From Squalus acanthias (Eukaryota), in the NCBI GenBank assembly GCA_030390025.1, contig CM059432.1, positions 126,296,001-126,360,000 of the forward strand: a stretch of 64,000 nt of DNA, written 5' to 3'. Both the position numbers and the translations under genes were made by a program. This document shows, one piece after another, positions 63,927 to 64,000 of the stretch. How positions within the stretch are numbered: position 1 is the first letter of the stretch; each line of letters opens with the position of its first letter. Under the pieces are notes generated by a model. It saw only the letters and a program-made list of their open reading frames with translations. It was not told where the DNA came from and ran no database searches.

Positions 63927-64000
63927 TAAGGGTTTTATTCAGTGTGGAGACAAATTTTACATTATTCTATTTTGTACGTCTCATGTCACAAGAACACTGT

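Overview
Vertebrate genomic DNA, most likely a cartilaginous fish (inferred from the Deu-domain SINE and the CR1/L2 repeat families). The only host protein-coding gene I can support is neurocalcin-delta (NCALD) on the minus strand. Its full 193-codon CDS is three exons (51103-51480, 24487-24592, 21370-21467) with GT-AG introns of about 26.5 kb and 3.0 kb. Its 5'UTR exons and promoter were not identified. The rest is dominated by decayed and often nested mobile elements: CR1 LINEs, L2 LINEs, a third EN/RT LINE family, tRNA-derived SINEs, and PIF/Harbinger DNA transposons (Myb/SANT-carrying non-autonomous copies with 3-bp TSDs, transposase remnants, MITEs). The most notable signal is two unrelated short, TSD-flanked, probably Penelope-like retroelement families that each carry a minimal type-I hammerhead ribozyme fold with covarying stems. 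One copy has an intact core and lies sense-strand in the NCALD intron (37265-37301). The other forms a zero-spacer palindrome of 2 x 88 bp (14318-14493). A 26-bp micro-inversion inside a CR1 RT gene is also visible. Most ORFs in the supplied track are repeat fragments or spurious. Repeat boundaries are read by eye and are approximate unless a TSD/TIR is cited.
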